Below are positions 50,912 through 60,657 of a stretch of DNA of 64,000 bases, piece after piece. The notes below the pieces were generated by a model. That model ran no database searches. It was not told the DNA's origin and saw nothing but the letters and a program-made list of their open reading frames with translations. The DNA lies in the IMG/VR virus record IMGVR_UViG_3300023180_000042, positions 1-64,000 of that record. One strand, 5' to 3'. Each line of letters begins with the position of its first letter. Positions within the stretch are counted from its first letter, which is position 1. This DNA is from a virus. Position numbers and translations under genes: made by a program.

Positions 50912-50951
50912 GAGATACAATAAAAAGAATCTCTTTAGAGATCATTTTTGG

Positions 50952-50976
50952 GGGAGCCGCAAGGCTCCCTTTTTTT
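50952..50976 (+). terminator. Rho-independent terminator after gp23
   Basis: GGGAGCC-GCAA-GGCTCCC followed by 7 T. Confidence 0.9.
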
Positions 50977-50983
50977 ATAAATA
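50976..50983 (+). promoter_or_regulatory. T4-type late promoter TATAAATA
   Basis: Exact motif fused to the terminator T-run. Confidence 0.75.
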
Positions 50984-51061
50984 TTTTCAGTCCTATGCTT
51001 GATACTGCATATGTGCCTGGTGCAGGTACATATCCGCGGTCTCACATATAGGAGAAATGAA

Positions 51062-51442
51062 ATGAGATATACTCTGCTAGTATTAGCATTTTTAAGTACT
51101 TTTGCTATGGCGCATACAATTACGTATGACAATGGAGATGTTTATACAGTGGCTGATGACGAATTCGTTTTTGTGGCAAAGCAAAGCGAATTGTGGACTC
51201 GCCAAGTTTATAACAATGGCAACACGAATCAGTTTAAGAAAATTGTCCCATGGACGAAGGTAGACTATACGCCGCCTGATAATGGGACAAACACTGGCAT
51301 GGTGTTTGGTTCGCACGAGTGGTGTGCGGCCTATGTGCCTTGGTCAGAAGGATACACTTTTGCAATGCAAGCATGGCAACGTTATTGTGATAGCAATAAC
51401 GATGGAGTCTATGACGAAGACGATGAACGCTGGGAAGGATAA
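51062..51442 (+). CDS. Secreted hypothetical protein with a C-terminal EF-hand-like loop
   Basis: AGGAG RBS; signal peptide MRYTLLVLAFLSTFAMA; DSNNDGVYDE loop; two Cys. Confidence 0.65.
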   Translation: MRYTLLVLAFLSTFAMAHTITYDNGDVYTVADDEFVFVAKQSELWTRQVYNNGNTNQFKKIVPWTKVDYTPPDNGTNTGMVFGSHEWCAAYVPWSEGYTFAMQAWQRYCDSNNDGVYDEDDERWEG

Positions 51443-51444
51443 AG

Positions 51445-51468
51445 AAAAGGGGCTTGCGCCCCTTTTTT
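51445..51468. terminator. Bidirectional intrinsic terminator between convergent genes
   Basis: AAAAGGGGC-TTGC-GCCCCTTTTTT, with A and T runs on both sides. Confidence 0.85.
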
Positions 51469-52876
51469 AATAGTAGCAAACTGGATTTTCAAAGTAATAC
51501 ACAAGAGGGTCAGGACTAGGTGCTGGCGAAAAAGCGACGATGTAATCGTCTTCAGCCAGTTGACTCATTCTATATCTGACTCTGTTTAGATGTTTCACAG
51601 CCTGTGTTTCTGGTGGTTGTGTTTCAATAGGCTGTAGGCAGAAACAGCCACCTTTTGTGCCAAGTCTTACTGTTTTACTGTTTTCAGGTATTTCAAAATA
51701 TGCATCATAGTCTGAAAATCTACCAGTAGGCAGATCAGAGTATGACATAACGGTGCCGTAGCCAGCCCAGATCGAATTATCTTCTTTCTCTACTGGTGCT
51801 CGATATTCTGGTAGCAGATAGCCAAACGAATATTCAAAAATGTTTACTGTGCCTTGATGATCACCAAAGTGATGATCGAGTCCTAAAATGTGACCGACTT
51901 CGTGCACGAATGTTTCATGCGCTCGCTCATAGTATCGTGTTGCGGCATAATCCTGAAAGACTGTGTTCTGAAAACATTGTGTGATTCCTCGTGTTTTTTG
52001 GACTCCTCGTGTTCCATCTACTTGAGCAACACCACACGCAATAGGATCTTCCTCTTTCTTTTTAAACAGAAATGCAATGTCAGCCTCTGCGTTTCGTTGC
52101 CACTTTTCGACATCACTAAATTCGTAACGATCACCAAAGAATGCTGTGTACTGCCGCCTTAGATCACCTGCACCAACTTCTACCATTTTTAAATCGACAA
52201 GTCGAAGAACAATATAAACACCAGAATCAGCAAAGACTTTGTTGGCAAAATCCAATTCACGGCGAATGTATTCTTCATGTGTCAAGCCTTCCATGTCTTC
52301 TTCGGTGAGTTTGCTATCAACAACTGCGAGTAAATCGATTACTGCTAGTTGCTCATTATCCACTTCATATGGAAAGTCAACGCCTGTTCGCTGAAGCACA
52401 CCATCACAATTCATGTAGTCATACCAAGGGTGTTTAGTGTCAGTTGGATCAGAAGGGCAAGATGCTGGCGGATCCATCTGAGGAATAAAACCACATTCTT
52501 CAGCATCTTCTTGTATAGTCTCAACCTGTTTGCCACCGTTTCCATCAGCTACGTCTTGCACAAGTGTAAGAAGCTGAATAAATCTATTCTCAGGACTAGG
52601 CTCTTCTACACAGTATGGTTCTGATAAAGGTGTGCCAAATGCGGGTGGAGGTTCATAGCCACATTCTTCTGAATTTTCTGTTTTTTCTACGATCTCGCCG
52701 CCAGCACCATCTGCTGTGACAATTACTAATGTGTGCGGATCTTCACAGTACTCATCTAAAACAGTGCCTTGTGCGGGATGATTAACAACTGGTGGTTGCT
52801 CTATAATAGCAGAAGATTCGTTACCGCCTGAACAACCTACAAGCAGAGCGAATACAAAGGGCATGTACTTAATCAT
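51467..52876 (-). CDS. Lipoprotein zinc metalloprotease (metzincin, reprolysin-like)
   Basis: Lipobox LLVGC; HEVGHILGLDH (HExxHxxGxxH); Met-turn GTVMSY; two Cys-containing ADGxGG..EECG repeats. Confidence 0.85.
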   Translation of the reverse strand: MIKYMPFVFALLVGCSGGNESSAIIEQPPVVNHPAQGTVLDEYCEDPHTLVIVTADGAGGEIVEKTENSEECGYEPPPAFGTPLSEPYCVEEPSPENRFIQLLTLVQDVADGNGGKQVETIQEDAEECGFIPQMDPPASCPSDPTDTKHPWYDYMNCDGVLQRTGVDFPYEVDNEQLAVIDLLAVVDSKLTEEDMEGLTHEEYIRRELDFANKVFADSGVYIVLRLVDLKMVEVGAGDLRRQYTAFFGDRYEFSDVEKWQRNAEADIAFLFKKKEEDPIACGVAQVDGTRGVQKTRGITQCFQNTVFQDYAATRYYERAHETFVHEVGHILGLDHHFGDHQGTVNIFEYSFGYLLPEYRAPVEKEDNSIWAGYGTVMSYSDLPTGRFSDYDAYFEIPENSKTVRLGTKGGCFCLQPIETQPPETQAVKHLNRVRYRMSQLAEDDYIVAFSPAPSPDPLVYYFENPVCYY

Positions 52877-52903
52877 ATTATTAGTCCAAATAGTGCCTTA
52901 ATT

Positions 52904-52917
52904 TATTTATATAAATA
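52904..52917. promoter_or_regulatory. Overlapping divergent late promoters (palindrome TATTTATATAAATA)
   Basis: TATAAATA on + (52910-52917) and on - (52904-52911), between the divergent metalloprotease and gp3 genes. Confidence 0.75.
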
Positions 52918-52948
52918 CCATTATAAAGCAACTCACTTGGGAATATCA

Positions 52949-53458
52949 ATGGCTGATTTTACATGCGATCCTACATATCTTGCGCCGACTGGATTTAAGG
53001 TTGCGCTTGATCGAAAGAACTATCCAAACATTCAGTTCTTTGCTCAACAAGTACAGCATCCTTCTATGGACATGACTGCTACTGAATTGCCTTATCGTAG
53101 AGTGGGTAATGTTGTTACACCGGGCGATACTTTGTCTTTCGGCACTGTCAGCATGGATATTCTGATGGACGAAAACATGAACGTCTATCAAGAAATCTAT
53201 GACTGGATGCGCAGACTTGTCGAAGAAGAATATAAGTCAAATACAGGCAGACTGCTGTCCACTAATGCGGATGAAATTGGATCATTCTGTGATATCAGTG
53301 TGTCTGTATTGACAAGTCACAATAATATTGGTCGAACAATCAAGTATGTAAATGCACTGCCTACTTCGCTAGGTGACGTACAGTTTGCGGCTACGAGTCA
53401 GGGTGAATACATCACGTTCCCTGTCTCATTCAGATTTGATTATTTTGAGCTAGTGTGA
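52949..53458 (+). CDS. gp3: Tail tube terminator/completion protein gp3
   Basis: YLAPTGFK..YPNIQFFAQQVQHPS..PGDTLSFG..MDENMNVYQEIYDWM..PTSLGDVQF; usual position before uvsY. Confidence 0.85.
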   Translation: MADFTCDPTYLAPTGFKVALDRKNYPNIQFFAQQVQHPSMDMTATELPYRRVGNVVTPGDTLSFGTVSMDILMDENMNVYQEIYDWMRRLVEEEYKSNTGRLLSTNADEIGSFCDISVSVLTSHNNIGRTIKYVNALPTSLGDVQFAATSQGEYITFPVSFRFDYFELV

Positions 53459-53501
53459 TATAATACACTTTGTGTATCTTTTAATACAGTAATGGTATAT
53501 T

Positions 53502-53945
53502 ATGAATTTAGAAAACATTCTTCAGGAGTGGAAGAAAGACTCACATATCGAGTATAACAAACTTGATGTGACTTCGCAAGAGACTCCTAAACTACACGCA
53601 AAATATCTTGAGCTATATAGTAACGCAAAGCTTAAACTCAAAGACGCGGAGTTTAAGCAGAAGGTATTGCTCAAAGACAAGTGGCTATATTACAACGGGA
53701 AGATGCCCGTCGAAACAGTGATTGAGAAAGGTTGGAATCCTGATCCGTTCGATGGTCTAAAAATTCTCAAAGGCGAGATGGATTACTACTACGATAGTGA
53801 TCCTGAGATTATGGCAAGTGAAGCAAAACTCGCTTACATGAAAGAGGTTGTCGATACTCTCAAAGAGATTATGGACAACATTAAGTGGCGTCATTCGACG
53901 ATAAAGAACATGATCGATTGGAAAAAGTTTGAGGCTGGATTTTGA
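53502..53945 (+). CDS. uvsY: Recombination mediator UvsY
   Basis: EWKKDS.I, TPKLHAKYL, KWLYYNGK and IKNMIDWKKFEAG. Confidence 0.93.
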   Translation: MNLENILQEWKKDSHIEYNKLDVTSQETPKLHAKYLELYSNAKLKLKDAEFKQKVLLKDKWLYYNGKMPVETVIEKGWNPDPFDGLKILKGEMDYYYDSDPEIMASEAKLAYMKEVVDTLKEIMDNIKWRHSTIKNMIDWKKFEAGF

Positions 53946-54082
53946 TTGGATTGCTAGGACTACTGGCTGTGTTTATGTGTCCGATGGTATTTGGTGGCAT
54001 TACGTTTGTTTACTCGCACAGTGCAATACATCAAGAAACCTTAGACCGCTGGAAGCGACAAGAGTACGATGCAAATAATTAA
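53942..54082 (+). CDS. Small membrane protein (46 aa)
   Basis: Read by hand: TTG start overlapping the uvsY stop, MIGLLGLLAVFMCPMVFGGITFVYSH...; fills the uvsY-uvsW gap. Confidence 0.5.
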   Translation: MIGLLGLLAVFMCPMVFGGITFVYSHSAIHQETLDRWKRQEYDANN

Positions 54083-55550
54083 ACTCAAAATGAAAGACTA
54101 TGCGATGCTTCAGTTGACCGAGTGTGAACCACACATTGTCACTGAACTGTCCGAGCATTTCACGTTTGAGGTACCAGGCGCTAAGTTTATGCCCGCTGTC
54201 AAACGCAGAGTTTGGGACGGCAAGATTCGTATGCTTGATCGAACTACTGGTCAGATAAATGCTGGCTTGTACTGGGCGATTAAGAAGTTTGCGATGGAGC
54301 GCGGCTATGGTATTAAAGTCGAAGAAGGACCATATGGCTATCCATACGCGACCAACAAAGTAAATCATCTCAAAACAATCGAGTGGCTTGACTCGCTCGA
54401 TATGCCTTACAAGCCTCGTGACTATCAGTACGAAGCACTGACACACGCAATCAAATATCGTCGCGCTATTCTGCTGTCGCCCACTGGCTCTGGTAAGTCT
54501 TTTATCATCTACATGTTGATGCGATGGTACTTAGAAAATCGACAGGCGGGCAAAAAGATTCTACTGATTGTGCCTACGACCTCTCTTGTAGAGCAAATGT
54601 ATTCAGACTTCAAAGACTATGGCTTTGACGTTGACAATAATTGTCATCGAATCTACAGCGGCAAAGATAAAGAGACGGACAAAGATATAGTCATCACAAC
54701 ATGGCAATCTATTTACAAACTGCACCCTGTTTGGTTTCACGAGTTTGGTTGCATCTTTGGCGATGAGGTACATGGATTCAAATCAAAATCGCTCTCATCA
54801 ATTATGAACAAAGCTGTAAACGCTGAGTATCGATTCGGCACAACAGGTACACTTGACGGCACACAGGTACACAAATTGGTGCTTGAAGGTCTATTTGGTC
54901 CTGTTCATCGTGTGACTACAACGCACGAACTTCAGCAGAAAGATACGCTGGCTAAACTAAATATAGATATACTATTGCTTCAGTATTCTAAAGAACAGTG
55001 TAAAGAAATGGAGGGCAAGACCTATCAAGAAGAAATTGACTTCATCGTCTCAAACGAAAAGCGAAACAAATTCATTTCAAATCTTGCGGTCGATAGGAAC
55101 GGAAATACGTTGGTTTTATTTAACTTGGTGGATCGTCATGGCAAGGTGTTGCGGGATCTGATTGAAACCAAGCTGAAAGATGGGCAACGATTATTTTACG
55201 TCTCTGGTGAAACCAAAACCAGCGACAGAGAGCAGATTCGGAATATTGTGGAGAAGCAAAAGGATTCTATTATACTCGCTAGTCTGGGTACTTTCTCCAC
55301 TGGCATTAATATCAAAAATATACATAATATTATATTTGCGTCTCCTTCAAAAAGCCAAATCCGTGTCTTACAATCAATCGGAAGAGGACTAAGAAAATCT
55401 GATGATGGTACTGACGCACACTTGTTTGATATTGCAGATGATCTGCATTGGAAGTCACGAAAGAATTTTACATTGTTGCACAGTGCCGAGCGAATTAAAA
55501 TTTATAATAATGAAAAGTTTCCTTACAAAATAACACAAATAGGAATGTGA
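54069..55550 (+). CDS. uvsW: DNA helicase UvsW (SF2)
   Basis: WDGKIR, SPTGSGKS, DEVH and QSIGRGLR. Confidence 0.96.
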   Translation: MQIIKLKMKDYAMLQLTECEPHIVTELSEHFTFEVPGAKFMPAVKRRVWDGKIRMLDRTTGQINAGLYWAIKKFAMERGYGIKVEEGPYGYPYATNKVNHLKTIEWLDSLDMPYKPRDYQYEALTHAIKYRRAILLSPTGSGKSFIIYMLMRWYLENRQAGKKILLIVPTTSLVEQMYSDFKDYGFDVDNNCHRIYSGKDKETDKDIVITTWQSIYKLHPVWFHEFGCIFGDEVHGFKSKSLSSIMNKAVNAEYRFGTTGTLDGTQVHKLVLEGLFGPVHRVTTTHELQQKDTLAKLNIDILLLQYSKEQCKEMEGKTYQEEIDFIVSNEKRNKFISNLAVDRNGNTLVLFNLVDRHGKVLRDLIETKLKDGQRLFYVSGETKTSDREQIRNIVEKQKDSIILASLGTFSTGINIKNIHNIIFASPSKSQIRVLQSIGRGLRKSDDGTDAHLFDIADDLHWKSRKNFTLLHSAERIKIYNNEKFPYKITQIGM

Positions 55551-55551
55551 C

Positions 55552-56001
55552 ATGGATTATCAAGACAATTTAGCACAGTTCAAATTTAGTAACGGCCAAG
55601 AAGTTGTTTGTGAAGTCATGGAGTGGCCTGAAGATAAAACTCAAGATATCATTGTTCGAAATGCCATGTCAATCATTATGGGCGAAGATCAAGATGGTGA
55701 TAGAGTCTATATGTTTAGACCATGGGCGCATTATCTAGAAGCGCCTGACGAATATATTTTGGTGAACACTCTCCATGTTGTGAGTACAAATCGCCCTAGT
55801 GTTCATCTTGAAGAAGAGTATAAGTATGCTGTTACAGAGATGCACAAACACAGGCGACTCAGAGATGCTGCCGCAAGAAAAGAGCAGAATGAAGCCTTTG
55901 AAAGATTACAAAACGCTATGGTAAAAATGATTGAAAATGACTCTACTGGAATCTTATCAAACGTGCTACCATTTCCTAAACGCGATGACACATTGCATTA
56001 G
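55552..56001 (+). CDS. Conserved hypothetical protein between uvsW and gp55
   Basis: FKFSNGQEVVCEV..FRPW pattern; conserved position in marine T4-like phages. Confidence 0.65.
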   Translation: MDYQDNLAQFKFSNGQEVVCEVMEWPEDKTQDIIVRNAMSIIMGEDQDGDRVYMFRPWAHYLEAPDEYILVNTLHVVSTNRPSVHLEEEYKYAVTEMHKHRRLRDAAARKEQNEAFERLQNAMVKMIENDSTGILSNVLPFPKRDDTLH

Positions 56002-56123
56002 TATATTCTGTCGCCCTGCGCGTGGAGTTAGATTTTAACACGATTTTTTTAATCTGTCAAGCTTTTTTTTAAACTAATTTTAGTTTATAATAGTAACAAT
56101 ATGTAAACCGTGAGTAGACATTT

Positions 56124-56702
56124 ATGAAAGAAAACAAACCACATTACGTCAACAACGCTCAGTTTTCTGAGGCTGTTGTCGAGTACGTAAGACACGCCAA
56201 CTCTGAAACCGAGGCTGGTAATCCAAAACCCATCGTGCCAAACTACGTTGCAGAGTGTTTTCTGAAGATCGCAGAAGGCTTGTCTCATAAGGCTAACTTT
56301 GTGCGGTACACGTACCGTGAAGAGATGGTCATGGACGCTGTAGAAAACTGTCTTAAGGCTATCGAGAACTACAATCTTGAAACTGCTACTCGCACAGGCA
56401 AACCCAACGCATTCGCATACTTTACACAGATTGCATGGTACGCATTTTTGCGCCGTATCGAGAAAGAGAAAAAGCAACAGGACGTTAAACTCAAGTTCAT
56501 TGCCGAAGCAGATATCAGTCAATTTATGGAAAACGCTGATGACATTGATATGAGTGACGATACCACATTCTCTTTCATTGAAGAATTACGCTATCGAATT
56601 GACGCTGTAAAAGAAAGCGATCGAATGTTCAAAGAATATGCTACAAAAGAAAAGCGCCGCCGTAAAGCAAAAGTAGACTCAGACTTGACACAGTGGTTAT
56701 AA
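56124..56702 (+). CDS. gp55: Late transcription sigma factor
   Basis: HYVNN..F, CFLKIAEGLSHK.NF..YTYREEMVMDAVENCL and NAFAYFTQI.WYAFLRRIEKEKKQ. Confidence 0.96.
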   Translation: MKENKPHYVNNAQFSEAVVEYVRHANSETEAGNPKPIVPNYVAECFLKIAEGLSHKANFVRYTYREEMVMDAVENCLKAIENYNLETATRTGKPNAFAYFTQIAWYAFLRRIEKEKKQQDVKLKFIAEADISQFMENADDIDMSDDTTFSFIEELRYRIDAVKESDRMFKEYATKEKRRRKAKVDSDLTQWL

Positions 56703-56714
56703 ATGGAGTATACT
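56685..56714 (+). promoter_or_regulatory. Sigma70-like early/middle promoter
   Basis: TTGACA-N18-TATACT upstream of the gp47 operon. Confidence 0.55.
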
Positions 56715-56717
56715 TGT

Positions 56718-56837
56718 ATGTGGAAGTATGAGTGTAAGTCAGGCACGTACGCAGAGACGAGTCTACTTGCTTTGTTATGGACTATCTTTACTCACCGTTT
56801 GCATCATCTGATCGAGGACGGTAAGTTTACGGACTAA
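56718..56837 (+). CDS. Small hypothetical protein (39 aa)
   Basis: Read by hand: MWKYECKSGTYAETSLLALLWTIFTHRLHHLIEDGKFTD; GGAG upstream; fills the gp55-gp47 gap. Confidence 0.5.
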   Translation: MWKYECKSGTYAETSLLALLWTIFTHRLHHLIEDGKFTD

Positions 56838-56838
56838 T

Positions 56839-57912
56839 ATGAAAATAGCATTGCTAAACGATACGCATTGTGGCATCCGCAATTCATCGGATATCATGAT
56901 GAAGTATCAAGAGAAATTCTATTCTGAAGTATTCTTTCCTTATCTGTTAGAGAACAACATCACCAAGATTCTACACCTTGGTGACTACTACGATAATCGA
57001 AAGTTTATCAACTTCAAAGCCCTTGAACACAATCGTAAAATCTTCCTTGAGAAGTTGCGTGAACACAAGATACACATGGACATCATTCCTGGTAACCATG
57101 ACGTATTCTACAAGAACACGAACGATCTGAGTTCACTGAAAGAACTGCTCGGTCACTACATGGCTGAAGTTCGTATCATCGAGAAGCCAACTGTGGTTGA
57201 GTATGATGGCACACCGGTTGCACTCGTGCCATGGATCAATGATGAGAACGAAGCAGAGACCGAAAAGTTTCTGAAGACGTGCAAAGCGTCTATCGTCGGC
57301 GCTCACCTAGAGTTAGAAGGCTTTGAGATGCAAGCAGGCATTCCATGTACGCATGGCATGAGTGCAGATGATTTCAAAAGATTTGACACAGTACTCACTG
57401 GTCACTTCCATACGAAATCAAATCACGGCAACATTCACTATCTTGGCTCACAGATGGAGTTCTTCTGGTCAGATGCACATGATCCAAAGTACTTTCACAT
57501 CTTCGATACCAAGACACGTGAACTGACACCTGTACAAAACACCGTCACACTGTTTCATCGGCTGTACTACGATGATACCGTAGAGAAGGCTGAGTATAAG
57601 TATCGTACAGGCAAACTGCCCGACATCACTGACAAGTTCGTCAAGGTTGTTGTGGCTAACAAATCTAATCCAAAACTATTTGAACACTGGCTTGATCGTA
57701 TTCAGTCCAAGCGTATTCATGAACTGAAGATCGCAGAGAACTTCGAAGAGTTCGTTGGTTCGTCGGTCGAAGATGATCGAGTATCTGTAGAGTCAACTGA
57801 ACAATTGTTAAGCAGTTATATTGACGCTGTTGAAACACCTCTTGATAAAGGACATATTAAAAAACTTGTCCATGAATTAATGATAGAGGCTCAGACAGCA
57901 GATATAGTATAG
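56839..57912 (+). CDS. gp47: Recombination endonuclease subunit (Mre11/SbcD-like)
   Basis: LNDTHCG, HLGDYYDNRK, GNHD and GHFH phosphoesterase motifs. Confidence 0.96.
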   Translation: MKIALLNDTHCGIRNSSDIMMKYQEKFYSEVFFPYLLENNITKILHLGDYYDNRKFINFKALEHNRKIFLEKLREHKIHMDIIPGNHDVFYKNTNDLSSLKELLGHYMAEVRIIEKPTVVEYDGTPVALVPWINDENEAETEKFLKTCKASIVGAHLELEGFEMQAGIPCTHGMSADDFKRFDTVLTGHFHTKSNHGNIHYLGSQMEFFWSDAHDPKYFHIFDTKTRELTPVQNTVTLFHRLYYDDTVEKAEYKYRTGKLPDITDKFVKVVVANKSNPKLFEHWLDRIQSKRIHELKIAENFEEFVGSSVEDDRVSVESTEQLLSSYIDAVETPLDKGHIKKLVHELMIEAQTADIV

Positions 57913-57949
57913 AAACGCACCTGCCGTATTACCAGAGGTCTGGTGATGC

Positions 57950-57978
57950 TTGACACACTACTTTCGGTATGATATAGT
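57950..57978 (+). promoter_or_regulatory. Sigma70-like promoter upstream of gp46
   Basis: TTGACA-N17-TATAGT with an extended TG. Confidence 0.65.
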
Positions 57979-57984
57979 ACACAT

Positions 57985-59691
57985 ATGATTAAATTTACAA
58001 ATTTGCGTTACCGTAACTTTTTGTCTACGGGCGATCAATTCACTGAAATTTCCTTAGATCGTGCTAGGTCTACTCTAGTCGTTGGACAAAACGGCGCTGG
58101 CAAATCGACAATGCTGGATGCGTTGTCGTTTGCCCTTTTTGGCAAAGCACATCGAAGCATCAACAAGGGTCAGTTAGTCAACTCAATCAACGGCAAAGCC
58201 ATGCTAGTCGAAGTCGAGTTCTCAATTGGTCCATCAAACTATAAGATTGTGCGTGGCGTCAAGCCCAACAAGTTTGAAATCTGGAAAGATAATGTACTGA
58301 TCAACCAAGACAGTCACAGTAAAGAGTACCAGAAAGTTCTTGAGCAGAACATTTTGAAATTGAATCACAAATCGTTTCACCAGATTGTGGTGCTTGGTAG
58401 TTCATCGTTCATTCCGTTCATGCAACTACCGGCACAGCATCGCCGTGAGGTGATTGAAGACTTGCTCGACATTAACGTGTTCTCTAAGATGAACACCATT
58501 TTGAAAGAACGCATTTCGATTCTGCGCGAGCGCGAGCGAGCCAACAAAGTTGCGTTAGAACTGATCGAAGAAAAGATCAAGACACAGCGCGACTACGTGG
58601 CTAAACTAGAAAAACTTAGCCGTGAGCAGAAGACCGAACGCCTAAAAGAAATTGCTGTACTGCAAGAGTCAATCACAACTCTTGGTCTTGGTCGTGTCTC
58701 TGTGTCTCAAGATCAGATGAAGAATCTGAAGAGTCAGATGGATGAGCTAAATAGTAAGATTCGTGAGGTCGAGAAATTCGACACACAATTTTCTACGAAG
58801 CAAAAAGCACTGAACAAAGAGATTAAGTTTTATGAAAGTAACTCCACTTGTCCCACCTGTGACCAAAGTATCGAGCCAGAGGTTAAGCAAGCAAAGACTG
58901 AAACAGCGGCTAGAAAGTGGGACGAATTCGAAGAAGCAAGACACCAAGCCTCAGCCCAAATCAAATCACTCTCGGATCGACATCGAAGTGTAGAAGAAAA
59001 CATTGCGAAGATTCAAGAGCAGTTGAATCGCGAGTTTGAAATCAACACACAGATCACTCAGGCTCAAAATAGAATCGAGCAGTTACAACGAGAGGTCGAT
59101 AAGGTTGAGACTGAGACTGACTCTGTAGAAGATTCGCTTTCGCAGTTAGAAATTTACACCAAAGAAGAGCAAGCCCTAACTAAAGACAGACGCCAACTGT
59201 CCGAAGAGGGTGCGTACAATACTGTCATCACAGAACTGTTAAAAGATACTGGCATCAAGACTAAGATCATCAAACAGTATTTGCCCGTGATCAATAATCT
59301 GGTCAACAAGTATCTGCAAGTTCTGGACTTCTATGTGTCGTTTCATCTGGACGATACGTTTAAAGAGTCTATTCGTTCTCGTTACAGAGACGAATTTTCG
59401 TACGACTCATTCAGCGAAGGAGAGAAACAGCGAATCGATTTAGCCTTGCTGTTCACTTGGCGTATGGTCGCAAAGATGAAGAATAGTGTCGCAACCAATC
59501 TTCTCATTCTTGACGAAACTTTCGATAGCAGTTTGGACGCTGACGGCGTAGACAACCTGTCGAAGATTCTTGAGACGCTTGACGAAGATACGTGCGTATT
59601 TGTTATTTCACACAAAGGAGAAATGCTTGACGGTAAATTTGATGAGAAAATTGAGTTCGTTAAATCAAAGAACTTCAGCAAAGTCGCTTGA
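57985..59691 (+). CDS. gp46: Recombination endonuclease ATPase subunit (Rad50/SbcC-like)
   Basis: GQNGAGKST, CPTC zinc hook, FSEGEKQRIDLALLF and LILDETFD. Confidence 0.97.
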   Translation: MIKFTNLRYRNFLSTGDQFTEISLDRARSTLVVGQNGAGKSTMLDALSFALFGKAHRSINKGQLVNSINGKAMLVEVEFSIGPSNYKIVRGVKPNKFEIWKDNVLINQDSHSKEYQKVLEQNILKLNHKSFHQIVVLGSSSFIPFMQLPAQHRREVIEDLLDINVFSKMNTILKERISILRERERANKVALELIEEKIKTQRDYVAKLEKLSREQKTERLKEIAVLQESITTLGLGRVSVSQDQMKNLKSQMDELNSKIREVEKFDTQFSTKQKALNKEIKFYESNSTCPTCDQSIEPEVKQAKTETAARKWDEFEEARHQASAQIKSLSDRHRSVEENIAKIQEQLNREFEINTQITQAQNRIEQLQREVDKVETETDSVEDSLSQLEIYTKEEQALTKDRRQLSEEGAYNTVITELLKDTGIKTKIIKQYLPVINNLVNKYLQVLDFYVSFHLDDTFKESIRSRYRDEFSYDSFSEGEKQRIDLALLFTWRMVAKMKNSVATNLLILDETFDSSLDADGVDNLSKILETLDEDTCVFVISHKGEMLDGKFDEKIEFVKSKNFSKVA

Positions 59692-59716
59692 CCTCAAGCG
59701 CAGAAAAGTGTATAAT
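59688..59716 (+). promoter_or_regulatory. Sigma70-like promoter upstream of gp45
   Basis: TTGACC-N17-TATAAT with an extended TG. Confidence 0.7.
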
Positions 59717-59753
59717 TTATTGAAATTAACGTGCATAAAAGTGCGAGGATATT

Positions 59754-60428
59754 ATGGAACTAACTGAAAAGACGTTGACTGTTCTGAAGAACTATGCAAC
59801 GATTAACCCTAACGTTGTGATCAACAATGGCAACGTAATCAAAACAATCTCTGAGGCTAAGAATGTTCTTAGCAGTGCTGAGGTTGACGTTGAGTTTCCC
59901 AAGCAGGTCGGCATCTATGACCTGAGCGAGTTTCTCAGCGTCTTGTCTTTGGTTGATTCGCCACGTCTTACATTTGAAGACAACAACTTTTTGATCAGTG
60001 ACGGTAGTGGTCGCACTCGTATCAAGTACTTTTACTCTGATATAGATATGCTTACTGTCCCGAGCAAAGACATCATCATGCCTGAGTGTGAGGTATCTTT
60101 CTCTCTGGATCGTGAGACGTTGACCCGAGTGAAGCGAGCGGCTTCTGTTCTTGGTCACACTGAAATGTCTTTGTCTGTTGTGAATGATGTATTGCAGTTG
60201 TCTGTAATCGATCAGAACGACAAGACTTCGAACGTATTCTCTATCGACGTTGATGGTGAGTACAAAGACGCAAATTTCAACTTCGTATTCAACATTGCGA
60301 ACTTGAAGATGGTTGATGATGATTATCGAGTTGATATCTCATCTAAATTGATTTCTCATTTTGTCAATGAGATTAGCGGTATCCAATACTGGGTAGCACT
60401 TGAAAAAACTAGCACTTACGGAGAATAA
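59754..60428 (+). CDS. gp45: DNA polymerase sliding clamp
   Basis: TLTVLKNYATINPN, GIYDLSEFL and YWVALE. Confidence 0.95.
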   Translation: MELTEKTLTVLKNYATINPNVVINNGNVIKTISEAKNVLSSAEVDVEFPKQVGIYDLSEFLSVLSLVDSPRLTFEDNNFLISDGSGRTRIKYFYSDIDMLTVPSKDIIMPECEVSFSLDRETLTRVKRAASVLGHTEMSLSVVNDVLQLSVIDQNDKTSNVFSIDVDGEYKDANFNFVFNIANLKMVDDDYRVDISSKLISHFVNEISGIQYWVALEKTSTYGE

Positions 60429-60432
60429 TGCT

Positions 60433-60639
60433 ATGGCTAAGAATGAAACGAACGAAAGCGTCGAGCAACTGATGGAACTCGCTAATCGCGTGACCCGCAG
60501 TACTGTCGCTGTAATTGATACCGTGACCGGACGTGGTGGCTTTCGCGGTGAAGAACTCTCGACTATCGGCCAGTTGCGAGATCAATCTATTCAGTTGATT
60601 CAACTTGTTGAACAAATGCAAGGTGAATCTGGCGAATAA
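60433..60639 (+). CDS. Conserved hypothetical protein (68 aa)
   Basis: RSTVAVIDTVTGRGGFRGEELSTIGQLRD; GGAG upstream. Confidence 0.65.
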   Translation: MAKNETNESVEQLMELANRVTRSTVAVIDTVTGRGGFRGEELSTIGQLRDQSIQLIQLVEQMQGESGE

Positions 60640-60657
60640 TTCTGATATAATACTCCT

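Noticed and set aside
49397-50920. 507-aa minus-strand ORF antisense to gp23
   Set aside because: Shadow ORF explained by the strong codon bias of the highly expressed capsid gene; no RBS or recognisable motifs.
50912-52948. Absence of gp24, hoc and soc after gp23, and of recognisable gp9-12/wac
   Set aside because: Common in marine T4-like phages, and divergent equivalents may be among the unassigned fibre genes; not evidence of novelty.
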